A DNA stretch of 64,000 nt from Planctomycetota bacterium. Its GTDB lineage: Bacteria; Planctomycetota; JAJSAM01; JAJVHW01. The notes beneath the pieces were generated by a model, which saw nothing but the letters and a program-made list of their open reading frames with translations, did not search any database and was not told where the DNA came from. Position 1 is the stretch's first letter. Each line of letters opens with the position of its first letter. The stretch lies in the NCBI GenBank assembly GCA_965248445.1, contig CBDFJG010000003.1, positions 640,001 to 704,000 of the forward strand, in the 5' to 3' direction. Of this stretch, positions 1-10,970 are shown piece after piece. The translations under genes were made by a program, and so were the position numbers.

Positions 1-1014
1 GGTGGCGACGCGCCCGGCGGAGAGCACGTCTACGTGATGGAGAAGGGCTATCCGTCCGTGATGGTGGTCGGTGATCGACTCGCCAAGGCGGCCGCGATGG
101 ACCCGCAGAGCTTCCGCGACCGGGCGTTCACACGCCTCGGCTACAAGACCGTGGTGGGGCTAACGGTGAAACTCGGCGACGGCGTGAAGACCTACCGGCT
201 GGACAAGCCGGCGGCGTCGTGGGAGATCACGAGTCCGCCGCCGCGCAAGCCCGGGAACGACACCCGTTGTCGGGAGGCGCTCAAGAGCCTTGTCGAATGG
301 CGCACCGCGGCGTTCCACGACGACGTACAACCGAACGAGGTCGGCATCTCGGACGATGGCAAGCAGATCGTCGTCGAGATCCAGGGCGGGGAGCAACTGA
401 CGTTCCTGATCGGCGATCGCCTCGAGAACGGAAACGTGTTCGCACAGAGCAAGGGGAGCGGCGGTGTCGTCGAAGTGCGCGGCGAGCCGGTCGACCTGCT
501 CGAGGAGGGCTGGCTGCAGTTCCGAACGTCCCGCACACGGGACTTCTCGACCGATGAGATCGTCGCCATCGCACAGGAGCCGGGCGGGTCGGAGGAGGGC
601 GCGCAGGTCGAGCGCACGGGGTGGGAACGCGACCTCGCCGCCGAGAACAAGGGCTGGAGAAACGTCGGACCGGGCAGCACGCGAAAGCTCGACCCGGCCG
701 CGATCAATCAACTGCTCGACACGATCAGGGCGATCGACTGTACGAGGTGGCTGTTCTTCGACTCGTCCCGCCGCGAGGAGATGGGATTCTCCGAGGACTA
801 CGGAAAGGGCACGACCGTCACTGTCATCCTCGAGATCGGTGAGCAGTTCGGGACGCCGCCGCACGGCCATCACCAGCGTTTGCTCGTCGGCAACCGCGTC
901 GAGGGCGGCGGCTACTTCGCGCGCTGGAAGGGCAAGGGCGACTGGCCGTGGGCGTTCGTCCTCTCCGAGCAGATCGTCGAGAAACTGAAGCGGCCACTGC
1001 TGCGCCCGAGGTGA
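1..1014 (+). CDS. DUF4340-like domain protein (5'-truncated at the window edge)
   Basis: Frame is open from base 1. Repeated pattern 'W.I..P...PG....C...L..L', 'TFLIGD', 'LLVGN...GGYFAR' resembles tandem DUF4340 domains. Confidence 0.55.
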   Translation, partial: GGDAPGGEHVYVMEKGYPSVMVVGDRLAKAAAMDPQSFRDRAFTRLGYKTVVGLTVKLGDGVKTYRLDKPAASWEITSPPPRKPGNDTRCREALKSLVEWRTAAFHDDVQPNEVGISDDGKQIVVEIQGGEQLTFLIGDRLENGNVFAQSKGSGGVVEVRGEPVDLLEEGWLQFRTSRTRDFSTDEIVAIAQEPGGSEEGAQVERTGWERDLAAENKGWRNVGPGSTRKLDPAAINQLLDTIRAIDCTRWLFFDSSRREEMGFSEDYGKGTTVTVILEIGEQFGTPPHGHHQRLLVGNRVEGGGYFARWKGKGDWPWAFVLSEQIVEKLKRPLLRPR

Positions 1015-1086
1015 CCCGACGCAGTCGGATTCGTAGTCGGATCCGCGACCAGTCGCACTCGCGCAACTCGTGTCCCCTGCGGGGGA

Positions 1087-1092
1087 TACCGT
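1087..1092 (+). promoter_or_regulatory. Putative -10 box (TACCGT) of a leaderless transcript
   Basis: TANNNT hexamer 6 nt before ATG 1099, with no Shine-Dalgarno in between. Confidence 0.45.
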
Positions 1093-1098
1093 CCGGCC

Positions 1099-3587
1099 AT
1101 GCCCCTGGATCGCTTCTTCAGCGAGCTGCGCACGGCTCCCGACATCGCGCCCAACATCGTGCGGTGGCACAAGGAGCCCGCGCGCGAAGCGCAGGTGTCC
1201 GATTTCCCTGACTGGGCTCCGCCGGCCGTGCGCGCGGCGTTCGCTGAGTCCGGTATCACGACACTGTGGTCGCACCAGCGGGAGGTCGCGGATCTCGCAC
1301 ACGCCGGCCGACACGTCGCCGTGGTCACGCCGACGGCATCCGGCAAGACGCTCTGCTACAACCTGCCTGTCCTGACGGCGCTGCTCGGACTCCGGGATGT
1401 CCGGGTTGGGGGCGGTGACGAACCGACGGATCGGGGCGTCGGCGACGTGCCCGATGATGGGCCCGGCCGCGCGCTCTACCTGTTCCCGACGAAGGCGCTC
1501 TCGCGCGACCAGACCGCGGTGTTCGCGAAGCTGGTTGCGGGTCTGCCGCGACCGGTGCGCGCGGGGGTCTACGACGGCGACACGCCGCCCGCCACCCGGC
1601 GGTCATTGCGCGCAGCCGCCGACGTGGTTGTCACGAACCCCTACATGCTTCATGCGGGCATCCTTCCGCACCACTTGAGGTGGGCGTCCCTGTTCCGGGA
1701 TCTCCGGTACGTGGTCGTGGACGAGATGCACACGATGACCGGTGTGTACGGGAGCAACGTTGGGAACGTGCTGCGCCGTCTGCGACGCGTCTGCCGGCAC
1801 CACGGCTCGGACCCCACGTTCTTGCTCTCGTCGGCCACGATCGCCAATCCCGGCGAACTGGCTGCCGGGCTGATCGGCGCACCGGTCGAGGTCGTGTCCC
1901 GATCCGGCGCGCCGTCTGCCGAGCGACACCTTCTGCTGTTCAATCCGCCGCTTGTCGACGAGGCGAGCGGCACACGCGGAAGCGCGCTCGAGGAGGCCCG
2001 CCGCCTCGCCGCGCACGCGCTGCGGGCAGGGCTGCAGACGCTCGTGTTCGCCGCTCCCGCACGACCGTCGAGGTGCTGACGAAGTACCTGCGGGACACCG
2101 CCCGCGATCTGGGCCTCCCGGAAGGCGTCGTGCGCGGGTACCGGGGCGGATATCTACCGAAGTTGCGGCGGGAGGTCGAGGTCGGTCTGCGCGACGGCAG
2201 CGTCCGCCTCGTCGTCGCGACCAACGCACTCGAACTCGGGATCGACATCGGCAGGCTCGACGTCGTCATCCTCACCGGTTACCCGGGCCGCGTCGCGAGC
2301 GCGCGCCAGCAAGCGGGCCGCTCGGGCCGACGAGATCGGCCTGGAACGGCAGTTCTCGTCGCGCGCAGCAACCCGCTCGACCAATACGTCCTGCAGCATC
2401 CCGAGGCGCTGCTCGACGGGCACGCTGAGCGGGCGGCACTCGATCCGAAGAACCGGCTGATCCTGACGAACCATGTGCGTTGCGCGGCCTTTGAACTCCC
2501 GTTCAAGGAGGGCGAGACGCTCTGCCCGACCGATGTGCTCGGCCACGAGGAACGCGTCACCGAGGCACTCGTGGAACTGGCCGCACCGGACGGACCGCTG
2601 CACCGCTTCGGCGGCCGCTACCACTGGTGCGACACGAGCTTCCCGGCGGACAGCGTGTCGTTGAACGGGTTCGACATCGACAACGTGGCGATCTACGACC
2701 TCGAGGCGCGCGTCGTGCTCGCTGAAGTCGATCGCGCGTCGTCGCAGTTCTTCGTGCACGAGGGGGCGATCTACGGGCACCAGGGCGAGACGTACTACGT
2801 CGAGCGTTTCGACTGGGACGGACGACGGGCATACGTCCGGAAGGTAGATTGCGACTACTACACCGAGGCGGAAGCCGAGGTCGAGGTGCGGACCACCGCG
2901 GAGGACCGGAGCGACGACCTGGGCGCGTTCCGTGCCACCAGAGGGAACGTGCTCGTCACCACGCAGGTGCCGATGTTCAAGAAGATCCGGTACTACACCG
3001 GTGAGAACGTGGGCTCCGACGAGGTGCGCTTGCCGGCCGAGCAGATGGGCACCGGGGCGTGCTGGATCGACATCGGCCCGCAACTGGCGACGGAACTCCG
3101 TGTGATGGACGGCGGCCGCTCGCAGTCGCTCCGCGGCATCGCGCATCTGCTCCGCGGCGTCGCGCCGGCATTCGTCCGCTGCGACCGTGGCGACCTTCGC
3201 GTGCACTCCGAAGCGCGCGCGACGGCGACCGAGCTTCCGCGCATCGTCGTCTACGACCGCGTGCCGAACGGAGTCGGTCTGGCCGAGGCGGTCTTCACGT
3301 CGCTCCGCAGCGTGATTCCCGCCATGCGCGACATCGTGGACGGATGCGCATGCCGCCGTGGCTGCCCAGCATGTGTCGGGCCCGCGGCGAGCATTGGACC
3401 CCACGGAAAGGACACGGCTGCGCGACTGCTGGGCGCGCTCGCCCGTGCTTGCGCTGAGCATCCCCTCCTGCCCCCGGCGGATCTCGCTCCGCCGGTGATC
3501 GTGCGTGAGCCCCAGATGCCCGAGAGGACCGAGATGCCCGAGATGAGAGGGGCGTCAGAACGGCTCGGGGAGACCGAGGGCGCGTGA
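1099..3587 (+). pseudogene. DEAH-box helicase with C-terminal DUF1998 Zn domain (YprA/MrfA/Hrq1/SftH-like), split by a 1-nt frameshift near 2052
   Basis: ORF 1099-2079 has TPTASGKT, PTKAL, DEMH and SAT motifs. The frame of ORF 1680-3587 continues with ATNALELGIDIG, QQAGRSGR and the CxC...CxxC cluster (CACRRGCPAC). Adding one C at 2051-2052 restores LVFARSRTTVE. May be an assembly error. Confidence 0.85.
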
Positions 3588-4798
3588 TCCGCCGCGACGG
3601 CGCGGCGCAAGATCCACCGACAGGGGTGGTCGATCCGGAAGGGGCGGACGATCCCGGACCGTCCGTGCCGGTGCCGGACCTCGTCGACCGTACCTACCCG
3701 GGGGGAACGGTCCAGCTGCGGGTCGAGCGGTTCGACGGATCGATAGAGCGCGGCCGGGTCCGGCTGGACGCCGCCACGCATGTCTCGTTCTCCGACGTCT
3801 CGCTGCTCTGCGGAAGCGCCGGCATCACTGATCTCGACGACGTGCTGTTCCTCGACACGGAGACCACAGGGCTCGCGGGAGGCGCGGGCACATTCGTGTT
3901 CCTGGTGGGACTCGCATGCTTCAAGGGCGGCGTCTTCGAAGTGCGCCAGTGGGTGCTCCCGGATCCGGCCGAGGAGGAGGGACTACTCGACGCGCTCACG
4001 GAGGAGGCGCACGCAGCCCGCGGGCTGGTCTCGTTCCACGGACGAGGCTTCGACATCCCGCGTATCGAGGAGCGCTTCTTGCTGGCCGGCCGTCCCGACC
4101 CGTTCGAGTCGCTTCCGCACATGGATCTGCTGATCGGTGCCCGTCGCGTGTTCCGCATGCGGACCGGACGCGTTGCGCTCCAGGAACTCGAGCGGCAAGT
4201 GCTCGGTGTCGAGCGCCTGGACGATCTGCCGGGTGCCGAGTGCCCCGCGGCCTGGTACGCGTATCTGAAGGGCCGGCCGCGACCGCTCTGGCGCGTGCTC
4301 GAGCACAACCTGCTCGATCTTCTGTCGCTCCCGGCCCTGCTCGCCGCCATGGCCGAGCCTGCCGTCGGGCGGGGACCGGCGCCGGATCTGCACTCTGCAG
4401 GCCGGGTCCTCGCGCGCGCGGGCCTCGAGGAAAGGGCGCTCGCTCTGCAACGCGGTGCGACGGCGCGTGCGGTTGACGGCACGCTGCGGGCCCGCGCGCA
4501 CCACGAGGCGTCCCGTCTGCTGCGCCGGCAGCAGCTCGCCGCCGAGGCCGCCACGGAGGCGCACGCGGCGACGATGTCCGATCCGGCGCTCCCCGGACCG
4601 TGGTTGGTCCTGGCGAAGGACGCGGAGCACCGCACGAAGGACTACGCGTTCGCGCTCGCCTGCGCCGAGCGCGTCCAACGCCTCCTGTTCCTCCGGGGGC
4701 GCTCGGCGCGAGCGATTGCGGACGCCCGCCGCCGGATCGAGCGCGTGACTGCCAAGCTCTCTCGTCTGCAGGGCGCGCCGCAGCCCCGCGAGCCCTGA
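3584..4798 (+). CDS. RNase_H_2/DEDD exonuclease with TPR-like C-terminus (YprB/MrfB-like)
   Basis: FLDTETTGL, FHGRGFD and HNLLD motifs; 4-nt overlap with the upstream helicase. Confidence 0.8.
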   Translation: MIRRDGAAQDPPTGVVDPEGADDPGPSVPVPDLVDRTYPGGTVQLRVERFDGSIERGRVRLDAATHVSFSDVSLLCGSAGITDLDDVLFLDTETTGLAGGAGTFVFLVGLACFKGGVFEVRQWVLPDPAEEEGLLDALTEEAHAARGLVSFHGRGFDIPRIEERFLLAGRPDPFESLPHMDLLIGARRVFRMRTGRVALQELERQVLGVERLDDLPGAECPAAWYAYLKGRPRPLWRVLEHNLLDLLSLPALLAAMAEPAVGRGPAPDLHSAGRVLARAGLEERALALQRGATARAVDGTLRARAHHEASRLLRRQQLAAEAATEAHAATMSDPALPGPWLVLAKDAEHRTKDYAFALACAERVQRLLFLRGRSARAIADARRRIERVTAKLSRLQGAPQPREP

Positions 4799-4866
4799 GC
4801 ACCGTGTGGTTACATCTGGCTGGTGAGCCCTGAAGTGTGGCTGGCGAGCCCTGGCGTCTGGGCACC
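4790..4866. repeat. Degenerate heptamer tandem array (11 units)
   Basis: GAGCCCT GAGCACC GTGTGGT TACATCT GGCTGGT GAGCCCT GAAGTGT GGCTGGC GAGCCCT GGCGTCT GGGCACC. Confidence 0.6.
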
Positions 4867-4981
4867 CTCCGGCGTTCTCGGCGGCCCGCCACCGCCGAGG
4901 TATGCTCCCTCGCTTCGCCCGCGGCCGCGGGCGAAATGCCGCGGTGACGATGGCGCCCGGCGGGGCAAGAGGACACGTTCG

Positions 4982-5443
4982 ATGGGCTATCAGATGCGAG
5001 GTCTCTACTGGGACGACTTCGAGCCCGGCCGCGCGTTCTACTCCGCCTCCCGTACGGTGACCGAGGCCGACGTCGTGAACTTCGCCGGGCTCTCCGGCGA
5101 CTTCAACCCGCTGCACACGGACGAAACGTTCGCGTCGAAGACTCCAGCGCGCGGGCGGATTGGCCACGGCATGCTCAGCATGGCGATCGCGACGGGACTG
5201 GCCAACCAGATGGGCATCTTCGAGGGCACGACGCTGGCCCTCATGCAGCAGACGATCAAGTACACGGGCATGGTTCGCTTCGGCGACACGATTCGCGTCG
5301 TCATGACGGTCACCGATCGCAAGGAGTCGCGCAAGCCGACCCGCGGCGTCGTGACCTACGACGTGAAGGTCCTGAACCAGGACGACGAACCGGTCGTGGA
5401 CTCGGAGTGGATTCTGATGATGTCGAGGAAAGCCCCCGAATAG
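4982..5443 (+). CDS. MaoC-family (hot-dog fold) dehydratase
   Basis: FAGLSGDFNPLHTD and HGML motifs; AGGA RBS before ATG 4982. Confidence 0.88.
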   Translation: MGYQMRGLYWDDFEPGRAFYSASRTVTEADVVNFAGLSGDFNPLHTDETFASKTPARGRIGHGMLSMAIATGLANQMGIFEGTTLALMQQTIKYTGMVRFGDTIRVVMTVTDRKESRKPTRGVVTYDVKVLNQDDEPVVDSEWILMMSRKAPE

Positions 5444-5480
5444 GGCGGATCGAGACGCCGCGAGGCGGCGAGGAGAGGAC

Positions 5481-6224
5481 ATGCGGCTCGAGAACAAGGT
5501 GGCGATCGTGACGGGCGCGGCCCGCGGAATCGGTCAGGCGACTGCCGAGCGATTCGCGCGTGAGGGCGCGGCGGTCTCGGTGTGGGACGTGAACGGCGAT
5601 GCCGTCGAGTCGGTTGCTGCGGGCATCCGCGAGGGTGGCGGCAAGTCGATCGCGTGCTCCGTGGACGTCTCCAACGGCGAGCAGGTCCGGGCCGCGGTCG
5701 CCCGCACCGTTGCGGAACTGGGCGGCTTGCACTGCGTCGTGAACAACGCGGGCATCACGCGGGACAAGTCCTTCAAGAAGATGACCGAGGAGCAGTGGGA
5801 TCTCGTGATCTCGGTCAACCTGAAGGGCACGTTCCTGGTCTGCCAGGCGGCGATGCTGCACATGCTCGAGCACGGTGGCGGGCGCATCTCGAACACGGCT
5901 TCCGTGGCGGTCAACGGCAACTTCGGCCAGGCCAACTACTCGGCTTCGAAGGCCGGGATCGTCGGACTCACTCGCACACTGGCGATCGAGGGCGCGAAGG
6001 CGGGCATCACCGTGAACGCCGTGGCGCCCGGGGCGACGGACACACCGATGTTCGATGCCGTTCCGGACGAGATCAAGGCAGCCATCTGCAAGTCGATCCC
6101 GCTTCGCCGCATGGCGGACTCCGACGAGATCGCCGCGGTGCACGCGTTCCTCTGCAGCGACGACGCCAGCTACGTGACGGGCCAGCTGCTGTACGCGGAC
6201 GGCGGCGCGACGCTCGGTGTCTAG
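5481..6224 (+). CDS. fabG: SDR oxidoreductase, 3-oxoacyl-ACP/CoA reductase (FabG-like)
   Basis: TGAARGIG, NNAGITRD and GQANYSASKAG motifs. Confidence 0.85.
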   Translation: MRLENKVAIVTGAARGIGQATAERFAREGAAVSVWDVNGDAVESVAAGIREGGGKSIACSVDVSNGEQVRAAVARTVAELGGLHCVVNNAGITRDKSFKKMTEEQWDLVISVNLKGTFLVCQAAMLHMLEHGGGRISNTASVAVNGNFGQANYSASKAGIVGLTRTLAIEGAKAGITVNAVAPGATDTPMFDAVPDEIKAAICKSIPLRRMADSDEIAAVHAFLCSDDASYVTGQLLYADGGATLGV

Positions 6225-6266
6225 GCGCTGAGCTCGCTCGACTCACCGAGTGAAGGCGGCGAATCG

Positions 6267-6899
6267 GTGGCGTTCCGCTTCGGCGGGCACGCCACCGTTC
6301 TCGTTCCCGGTTCGCCCGCAGTCGTCGTCGATCCGTGGCGCTACCGCCTGGGCGTCCGGGCGGATGTCGCGCTGGTCACGCACGGGCATGCCGATCACTG
6401 CTCCGAGGACGACTTGGCCGGCGCCACAACGGGACTCGCGCCGATCGTCGCCCCGCGTGCGCTGGCCGGTCGCCTCGAGTGCGTGTTCGGCGACCGCGTC
6501 GTTGCGATGACAGAGGGCGAGGAGCGAACGTGGGGGGGCGCGACCGTCCGCGCACTGCCGGCGGAGGGGCCGTCACGCGACGGCCGTGCTTGCGGATTTC
6601 ATCCGCGCGGCACCGGACTGGCCTACCTGGTGCACGTGCGAAGCGCTCGGCACCTGTTCCTCGGAGATTCCGCTGCGCTACCGGAGCACGAGGGTCACGC
6701 CGTCGACGTCGCGTACTTCGCAGTCGGTGGGCTCGTCACGATGACACCGGAGGAGGCCGCGGAGTCCGCGTCCCGCGTTGCCGCGCGTCTCTCGATCCCG
6801 GTGCACTGGGGCGACCTGATGGCTCGCTATGCCTCCGCTGAGAGGTTTATCGAACTCTGCGCTGCTCTGGGACTCACGGCCGCCGTCGCGCCCGGATAG
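6267..6899 (+). CDS. MBL-fold metallo-hydrolase
   Basis: THGHADH, FLGDS and IPVHW motifs. Confidence 0.8.
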   Translation: MAFRFGGHATVLVPGSPAVVVDPWRYRLGVRADVALVTHGHADHCSEDDLAGATTGLAPIVAPRALAGRLECVFGDRVVAMTEGEERTWGGATVRALPAEGPSRDGRACGFHPRGTGLAYLVHVRSARHLFLGDSAALPEHEGHAVDVAYFAVGGLVTMTPEEAAESASRVAARLSIPVHWGDLMARYASAERFIELCAALGLTAAVAPG

Positions 6900-6951
6900 A
6901 TTCACGAGCGCAGACGAACGCCCCGCTGCACGGGCGGCCCGGAGGAACGAC

Positions 6952-7380
6952 ATGCTGGTCGATGCGATCATGAACCCCGACGTCGTGACGGTCACGCGGG
7001 ACCACACGGCCCTGCGCGCGGCGCGCGAGATGCGCGAGTACAACGTCGGCTCCGTGGTCGTCGTCGACGAGGACAGCCGGCCGATCGGGATGGTCACGGA
7101 CCGCGATCTGGCCGTGAAACTGGTGGCCGAGGGCGCCAGCCCGGAGACTCCCGTCGACGAGTTCATGTCGCAGCCGGTCTACGCCGTGCCGCGCGACACG
7201 CTGATCTTCGATCTGCTCCGCCAGATGTCGCACCGCAAGATCCACCGCGTGCCCGTGATCGACAACGATCGCAAGATCGTTGGCGTGGTGAGCGTCGACG
7301 ATGCGCTCGTGCTCCTGACGACTGAACTCGTCAACGTCGCGGACGTGATGGGGCACCGGACGCGGCTCGCGAACGAGTAG
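6952..7380 (+). CDS. Tandem CBS-domain protein
   Basis: IGMVTDRDL and RVPVID...VGVVSVDD; GGAGG RBS before ATG 6952. Confidence 0.88.
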   Translation: MLVDAIMNPDVVTVTRDHTALRAAREMREYNVGSVVVVDEDSRPIGMVTDRDLAVKLVAEGASPETPVDEFMSQPVYAVPRDTLIFDLLRQMSHRKIHRVPVIDNDRKIVGVVSVDDALVLLTTELVNVADVMGHRTRLANE

Positions 7381-10333
7381 CGCGCGCGGTCTTCTTGCCG
7401 CCCTTCTTCGTGGTCTTTCGGGCGGCCTTCCGGGCGGGCTTGCGCGCTCTCTTCGGCGCCGGCTTCCGCCGTCTGGCGAAGTAGCTCCGCAGTGCCGCTC
7501 CGGTGTGCGACGCCTTCCGCCGCGCCAGTTCCTCCGGCGTTCCGGCGGCCAGCACCAATCCGCCGCCTGCGCCGCCCTCCGGACCCAGATCGATGACGTG
7601 ATCGGCGGCGGCGATCACGTCGAGCGAGTGCTCGATGACGACCACGGTGTTGCCCTGATCGACCAGCGTCTGAAGAACGTCGAGCAGGCGACGGACGTCT
7701 TCGAAGTGCAGGCCCGTCGTCGGTTCGTCGAGGAGGAACAGCGTGCGCCCGGTGCTGCGACGGGCGAGTTCACGCGCGAGCTTGACGCGCTGTGCCTCGC
7801 CTCCCGACAGCGTCGTGGCGCTCTGCCCGAGCGTGATGTAGCCCAGGCCGACGTCACAGAGCGTCTGCATGATCCTGCGGATCTTCGGCTGGTTGCGGAA
7901 CAGCTCGAGAGCGTCCTCGATCGTCGTTGCGAGCACCTCGGAGACCGACTTGCCGCGGTAGAGGATCTCGCGGGTCGCCGCGTTGTAGCGCGTGCCTCGG
8001 CACGTCTCACAAGGCACGTACACGTCGGGCAGGAAGTGCATCTCGACGAGGATCTGTCCGGCGCCCGAGCACTCTTCGCAGCGCCCGCCCTTCACGTTGA
8101 ACGAGAAGCGGCCGGGGCCGTATCCGCGCACTCGCGACTCGGGCAGTTCGGCGAACACAGTCCGCACCCAGTCGAATACCTTGGTGTACGTGGCCGGGTT
8201 GCTGCGCGGCGTTCGCCCGATCGGCGACTGGTCGATGTCGACCGCTTTGTCAACATGCTCCAATCCGCGCACGCGGCCGTGAGCCCCGATCGCCACCTGG
8301 GCGCCGTTGAGCGCACGCAGGGCGGCGGGCCGCAGGATGCCGTTGACGAGCGAGCTCTTGCCGGCCCCGGATACGCCGGTCACGGCGACGAGGCAGCCGA
8401 GCGGAAAGGCGACATCGACCTTCCGCAGGTTGTTCTCAGCCGCGCCCTCGATCCGGATCGACTTCCCGTTGCCGGACCTTCTGGTCTCCCGCGGCGGAAT
8501 GGCGCGACGGCCCGCGAGGTATGCGCCGGTCAGTGACTCCTCGCTCCGCAAGAGTGCGTCCACGTCGCCCTCCGCCACGACGCGGCCGCCGTGGACACCG
8601 GCGTGCGGCCCGAAGTCTACGAGGTGGTCCGCCGCACGGATGGTCTCCTCGTCGTGCTCGACGACGAGGACCGTGTTCCCGAGGTCGCGCAGCCGCAGGA
8701 GCGACTCGAGCAGGCGGCGCTGGTCGCGGGCGTGCAGCCCGATCGACGGTTCGTCGAGCACGTAGACAACGCCGGTCAGCTCGCTGCCGATCTGTGAGGC
8801 CAGCCGGATCCGCTGTGCTTCGCCGCCAGAGAGAGTCGCCGCGCTGCGGTCGAGCGTCAGGTATCCGAGGCCGACGTTCCGCAGGAAGCTCAGACGCGAG
8901 CGAACTTCGCGCAGCACCTCGGCGGCCACGGCGGCCCGCGCGCCCTTCCAGGACAGTCCTTCGAAGTGTGCGAGTGCCTCGGCCACTGGGAGTTCCACGC
9001 ACTCGGCGATGTTCTTCCCGCCCACGCGGACGGAGAGCGCCTCGATCCGCATCCGCCTGCCTTTGCACGACGCGCACGGAACATCGCGCATCCACTTCGT
9101 GTAACCACGACGCGCGCCGTCCGACGTCGACTCTCGCCAGCGGCGCTCGATGCGCGGCAGCAAGCCCTCGAACTTCGTGGTGAAGTCCGTCTTCCAACGC
9201 TTCCCGGACATGCGGACGGTCAGCTCGCGATCTCCGGAGCCGCGCAGGATCGACTCGCGCTGCGCCTTCTTGAGTCGCTTCCACGGCACGTCGAGCGGAA
9301 CGCCCAGCTGTGAAAGGATCGAGCGCCCGTACTCCGCGTTCATCCCGGTCTTCCCCGGTGCCAGCCGCGCCCGCCACGGCAGCAGCGCGCCCTCCTCGAG
9401 CGTCAGTGCAGGATCGCCGATGATCAGATCCTCGGTGGCAGCGAGCCGCCGTCCGAGTCCGTCGCACTCGCGGCACGCACCCTGCGGGCTGTTCCACGAG
9501 AACAACTGCGGTGTCAGCTCCGGGAACGCCGTTGAGCACTTCGCGCAAACCCGGCGGTCGGTGTACGCGCGCTCCTCGCCGTCGTGGAACGCGGCGCGAA
9601 TTCGCCCGTCGGCTGCGCGGAGTGCCGACTCGACCGAGTCGGTGAGTCGTTGGCGCGTGACGCGTCCGGTGACGAGACGGTCGACAACGGCCTCGATCGT
9701 GTGCTTCTTCTTCGCGTCGAGGCCCGATACGTCGTCGAGCGGCAGGACCTTGCCGTCCACCCGGACGCGCACGAAGCCCGCCCGGCGCGCCGCGTCCAGC
9801 AGGTCGCGGTGCTCGCCCTTGCGGTCGTCCACGAGAGGTGCGAGGAGCAGGAGCTTGCGCTCGCCCTCTGTTCGCAGCAGTTCCTCGACGATCGCCTCCG
9901 CGGACCCGGCGCCGACCGGGCCGCCGCACGAAGGGCAAGACGGATCACCCAAGCGGGCGTAGAGCACGCGCAGGTAGTCGTGCACCTCCGTGACCGTGCC
10001 GACCGTCGAGCGCGGATTGCGCGACGCCGACTTCTGTTCGATCGCGATCGTGGGGGCGAGTCCGCGGATTGCGTCGAACGCCGGGCGGGGCAGCTGGCCG
10101 AGGAACTGCCGCGCGTACGCCGAGAGCGACTCGACGTAGCGACGCTGGCCCTCGGCGAAGATCGTGTCGAAGGCCAGGGACGTCTTGCCGCTCCCCGACA
10201 CGCCGCAGAAGACCGTCAGCGTGCCCTTGGGGATCGTGACGTCGACGCCCTGCAGGTTGTGCTCTCTCGCACCGATCACGACCAGCTCGCGGGAGTGGTC
10301 GGTCAGCGCCTTGTTCGGCTGCCGTCGGACCAC
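7331..10333 (-). CDS. uvrA: Excinuclease ABC subunit A
   Basis: GAREHNL, two Walker A motifs ([16 protein letters not shown]), LSGGEAQR twice, Zn fingers. GTG start inferred at 10333. Confidence 0.95.
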   Translation of the reverse strand: MVRRQPNKALTDHSRELVVIGAREHNLQGVDVTIPKGTLTVFCGVSGSGKTSLAFDTIFAEGQRRYVESLSAYARQFLGQLPRPAFDAIRGLAPTIAIEQKSASRNPRSTVGTVTEVHDYLRVLYARLGDPSCPSCGGPVGAGSAEAIVEELLRTEGERKLLLLAPLVDDRKGEHRDLLDAARRAGFVRVRVDGKVLPLDDVSGLDAKKKHTIEAVVDRLVTGRVTRQRLTDSVESALRAADGRIRAAFHDGEERAYTDRRVCAKCSTAFPELTPQLFSWNSPQGACRECDGLGRRLAATEDLIIGDPALTLEEGALLPWRARLAPGKTGMNAEYGRSILSQLGVPLDVPWKRLKKAQRESILRGSGDRELTVRMSGKRWKTDFTTKFEGLLPRIERRWRESTSDGARRGYTKWMRDVPCASCKGRRMRIEALSVRVGGKNIAECVELPVAEALAHFEGLSWKGARAAVAAEVLREVRSRLSFLRNVGLGYLTLDRSAATLSGGEAQRIRLASQIGSELTGVVYVLDEPSIGLHARDQRRLLESLLRLRDLGNTVLVVEHDEETIRAADHLVDFGPHAGVHGGRVVAEGDVDALLRSEESLTGAYLAGRRAIPPRETRRSGNGKSIRIEGAAENNLRKVDVAFPLGCLVAVTGVSGAGKSSLVNGILRPAALRALNGAQVAIGAHGRVRGLEHVDKAVDIDQSPIGRTPRSNPATYTKVFDWVRTVFAELPESRVRGYGPGRFSFNVKGGRCEECSGAGQILVEMHFLPDVYVPCETCRGTRYNAATREILYRGKSVSEVLATTIEDALELFRNQPKIRRIMQTLCDVGLGYITLGQSATTLSGGEAQRVKLARELARRSTGRTLFLLDEPTTGLHFEDVRRLLDVLQTLVDQGNTVVVIEHSLDVIAAADHVIDLGPEGGAGGGLVLAAGTPEELARRKASHTGAALRSYFARRRKPAPKRARKPARKAARKTTKKGGKKTARATRSRAASGAPSRPRR

Positions 10334-10337
10334 CGCT

Positions 10338-10970
10338 TCACCCCGTCCGCGCGCCGAGGATCTGAACGCGGCCGTCCGCGATGCGCAGACGCTCCGTGGC
10401 GAACAGTTCGATCGCCTCGGGGTACGCCTCGCACTCGGCGGCGAAGACGCGACGCTGCACGTCCGTCGGGCTGTCGTCGAAGCGCACCGGAACCGTCTTC
10501 TGCAGGACGATGGGGCCGGTGTCGTACGCGGCACTCGTCGCGAAGTGGACCGTGCAGCCCGTCACCTTCACCCCGCGCTCGATAACTGCCTCGTGCACGC
10601 GCATTCCGTACATTCCTGTGCCGCCGAACGCCGGCAGCAGCCCCGGGTGGATGTTCATCACCTTGTTGCGGTACGCGGCCGGGAAGTCCCAGAGACGGAG
10701 GAAACCGGCCAAGCAGACCAGGTCGGCGGCCGACTCGCGGACGACGTCGGTGATGTGCCGAGAGAACGCCTCGCGTCGCGTTCTCTCGTACTTCACGGTC
10801 TCGACCGGGAGGTCGAGCTCGTGCGCGTGCGCGATCCCGTCCGCATCCGGATTCGACGAGATCACCACGGCGATCTCCGCGGCCAATCGGCCGTCGGCGA
10901 TGCGCTCCGCCAGATTCACGAGGGTCGTGCCACCGCCGGAGATCATCACGGCGAGGCGAGGTGGGGTCAC
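10338..10970 (-). CDS. purN: Phosphoribosylglycinamide formyltransferase
   Basis: SGGGT, LAGFLR, NIHPGLLP and DTGPIV motifs. Confidence 0.93.
   Translation of the reverse strand: MTPPRLAVMISGGGTTLVNLAERIADGRLAAEIAVVISSNPDADGIAHAHELDLPVETVKYERTRREAFSRHITDVVRESAADLVCLAGFLRLWDFPAAYRNKVMNIHPGLLPAFGGTGMYGMRVHEAVIERGVKVTGCTVHFATSAAYDTGPIVLQKTVPVRFDDSPTDVQRRVFAAECEAYPEAIELFATERLRIADGRVQILGARTG

Noticed and set aside
1021..1070. Short repeats GCAGTCGGATTC/GTAGTCGGATCC in the first intergenic gap
   Set aside because: Only two imperfect copies; too weak to call.
2041..2079. Programmed ribosomal frameshift in the helicase
   Set aside because: No slippery heptamer or evident stimulatory element; a simple 1-nt deletion explains it.
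4790..4866. CRISPR-like interpretation of the repeat array
   Set aside because: Units are 7 nt with no unique spacers and no cas genes; no CRISPR array, tRNA or rRNA was recognised anywhere in the window.
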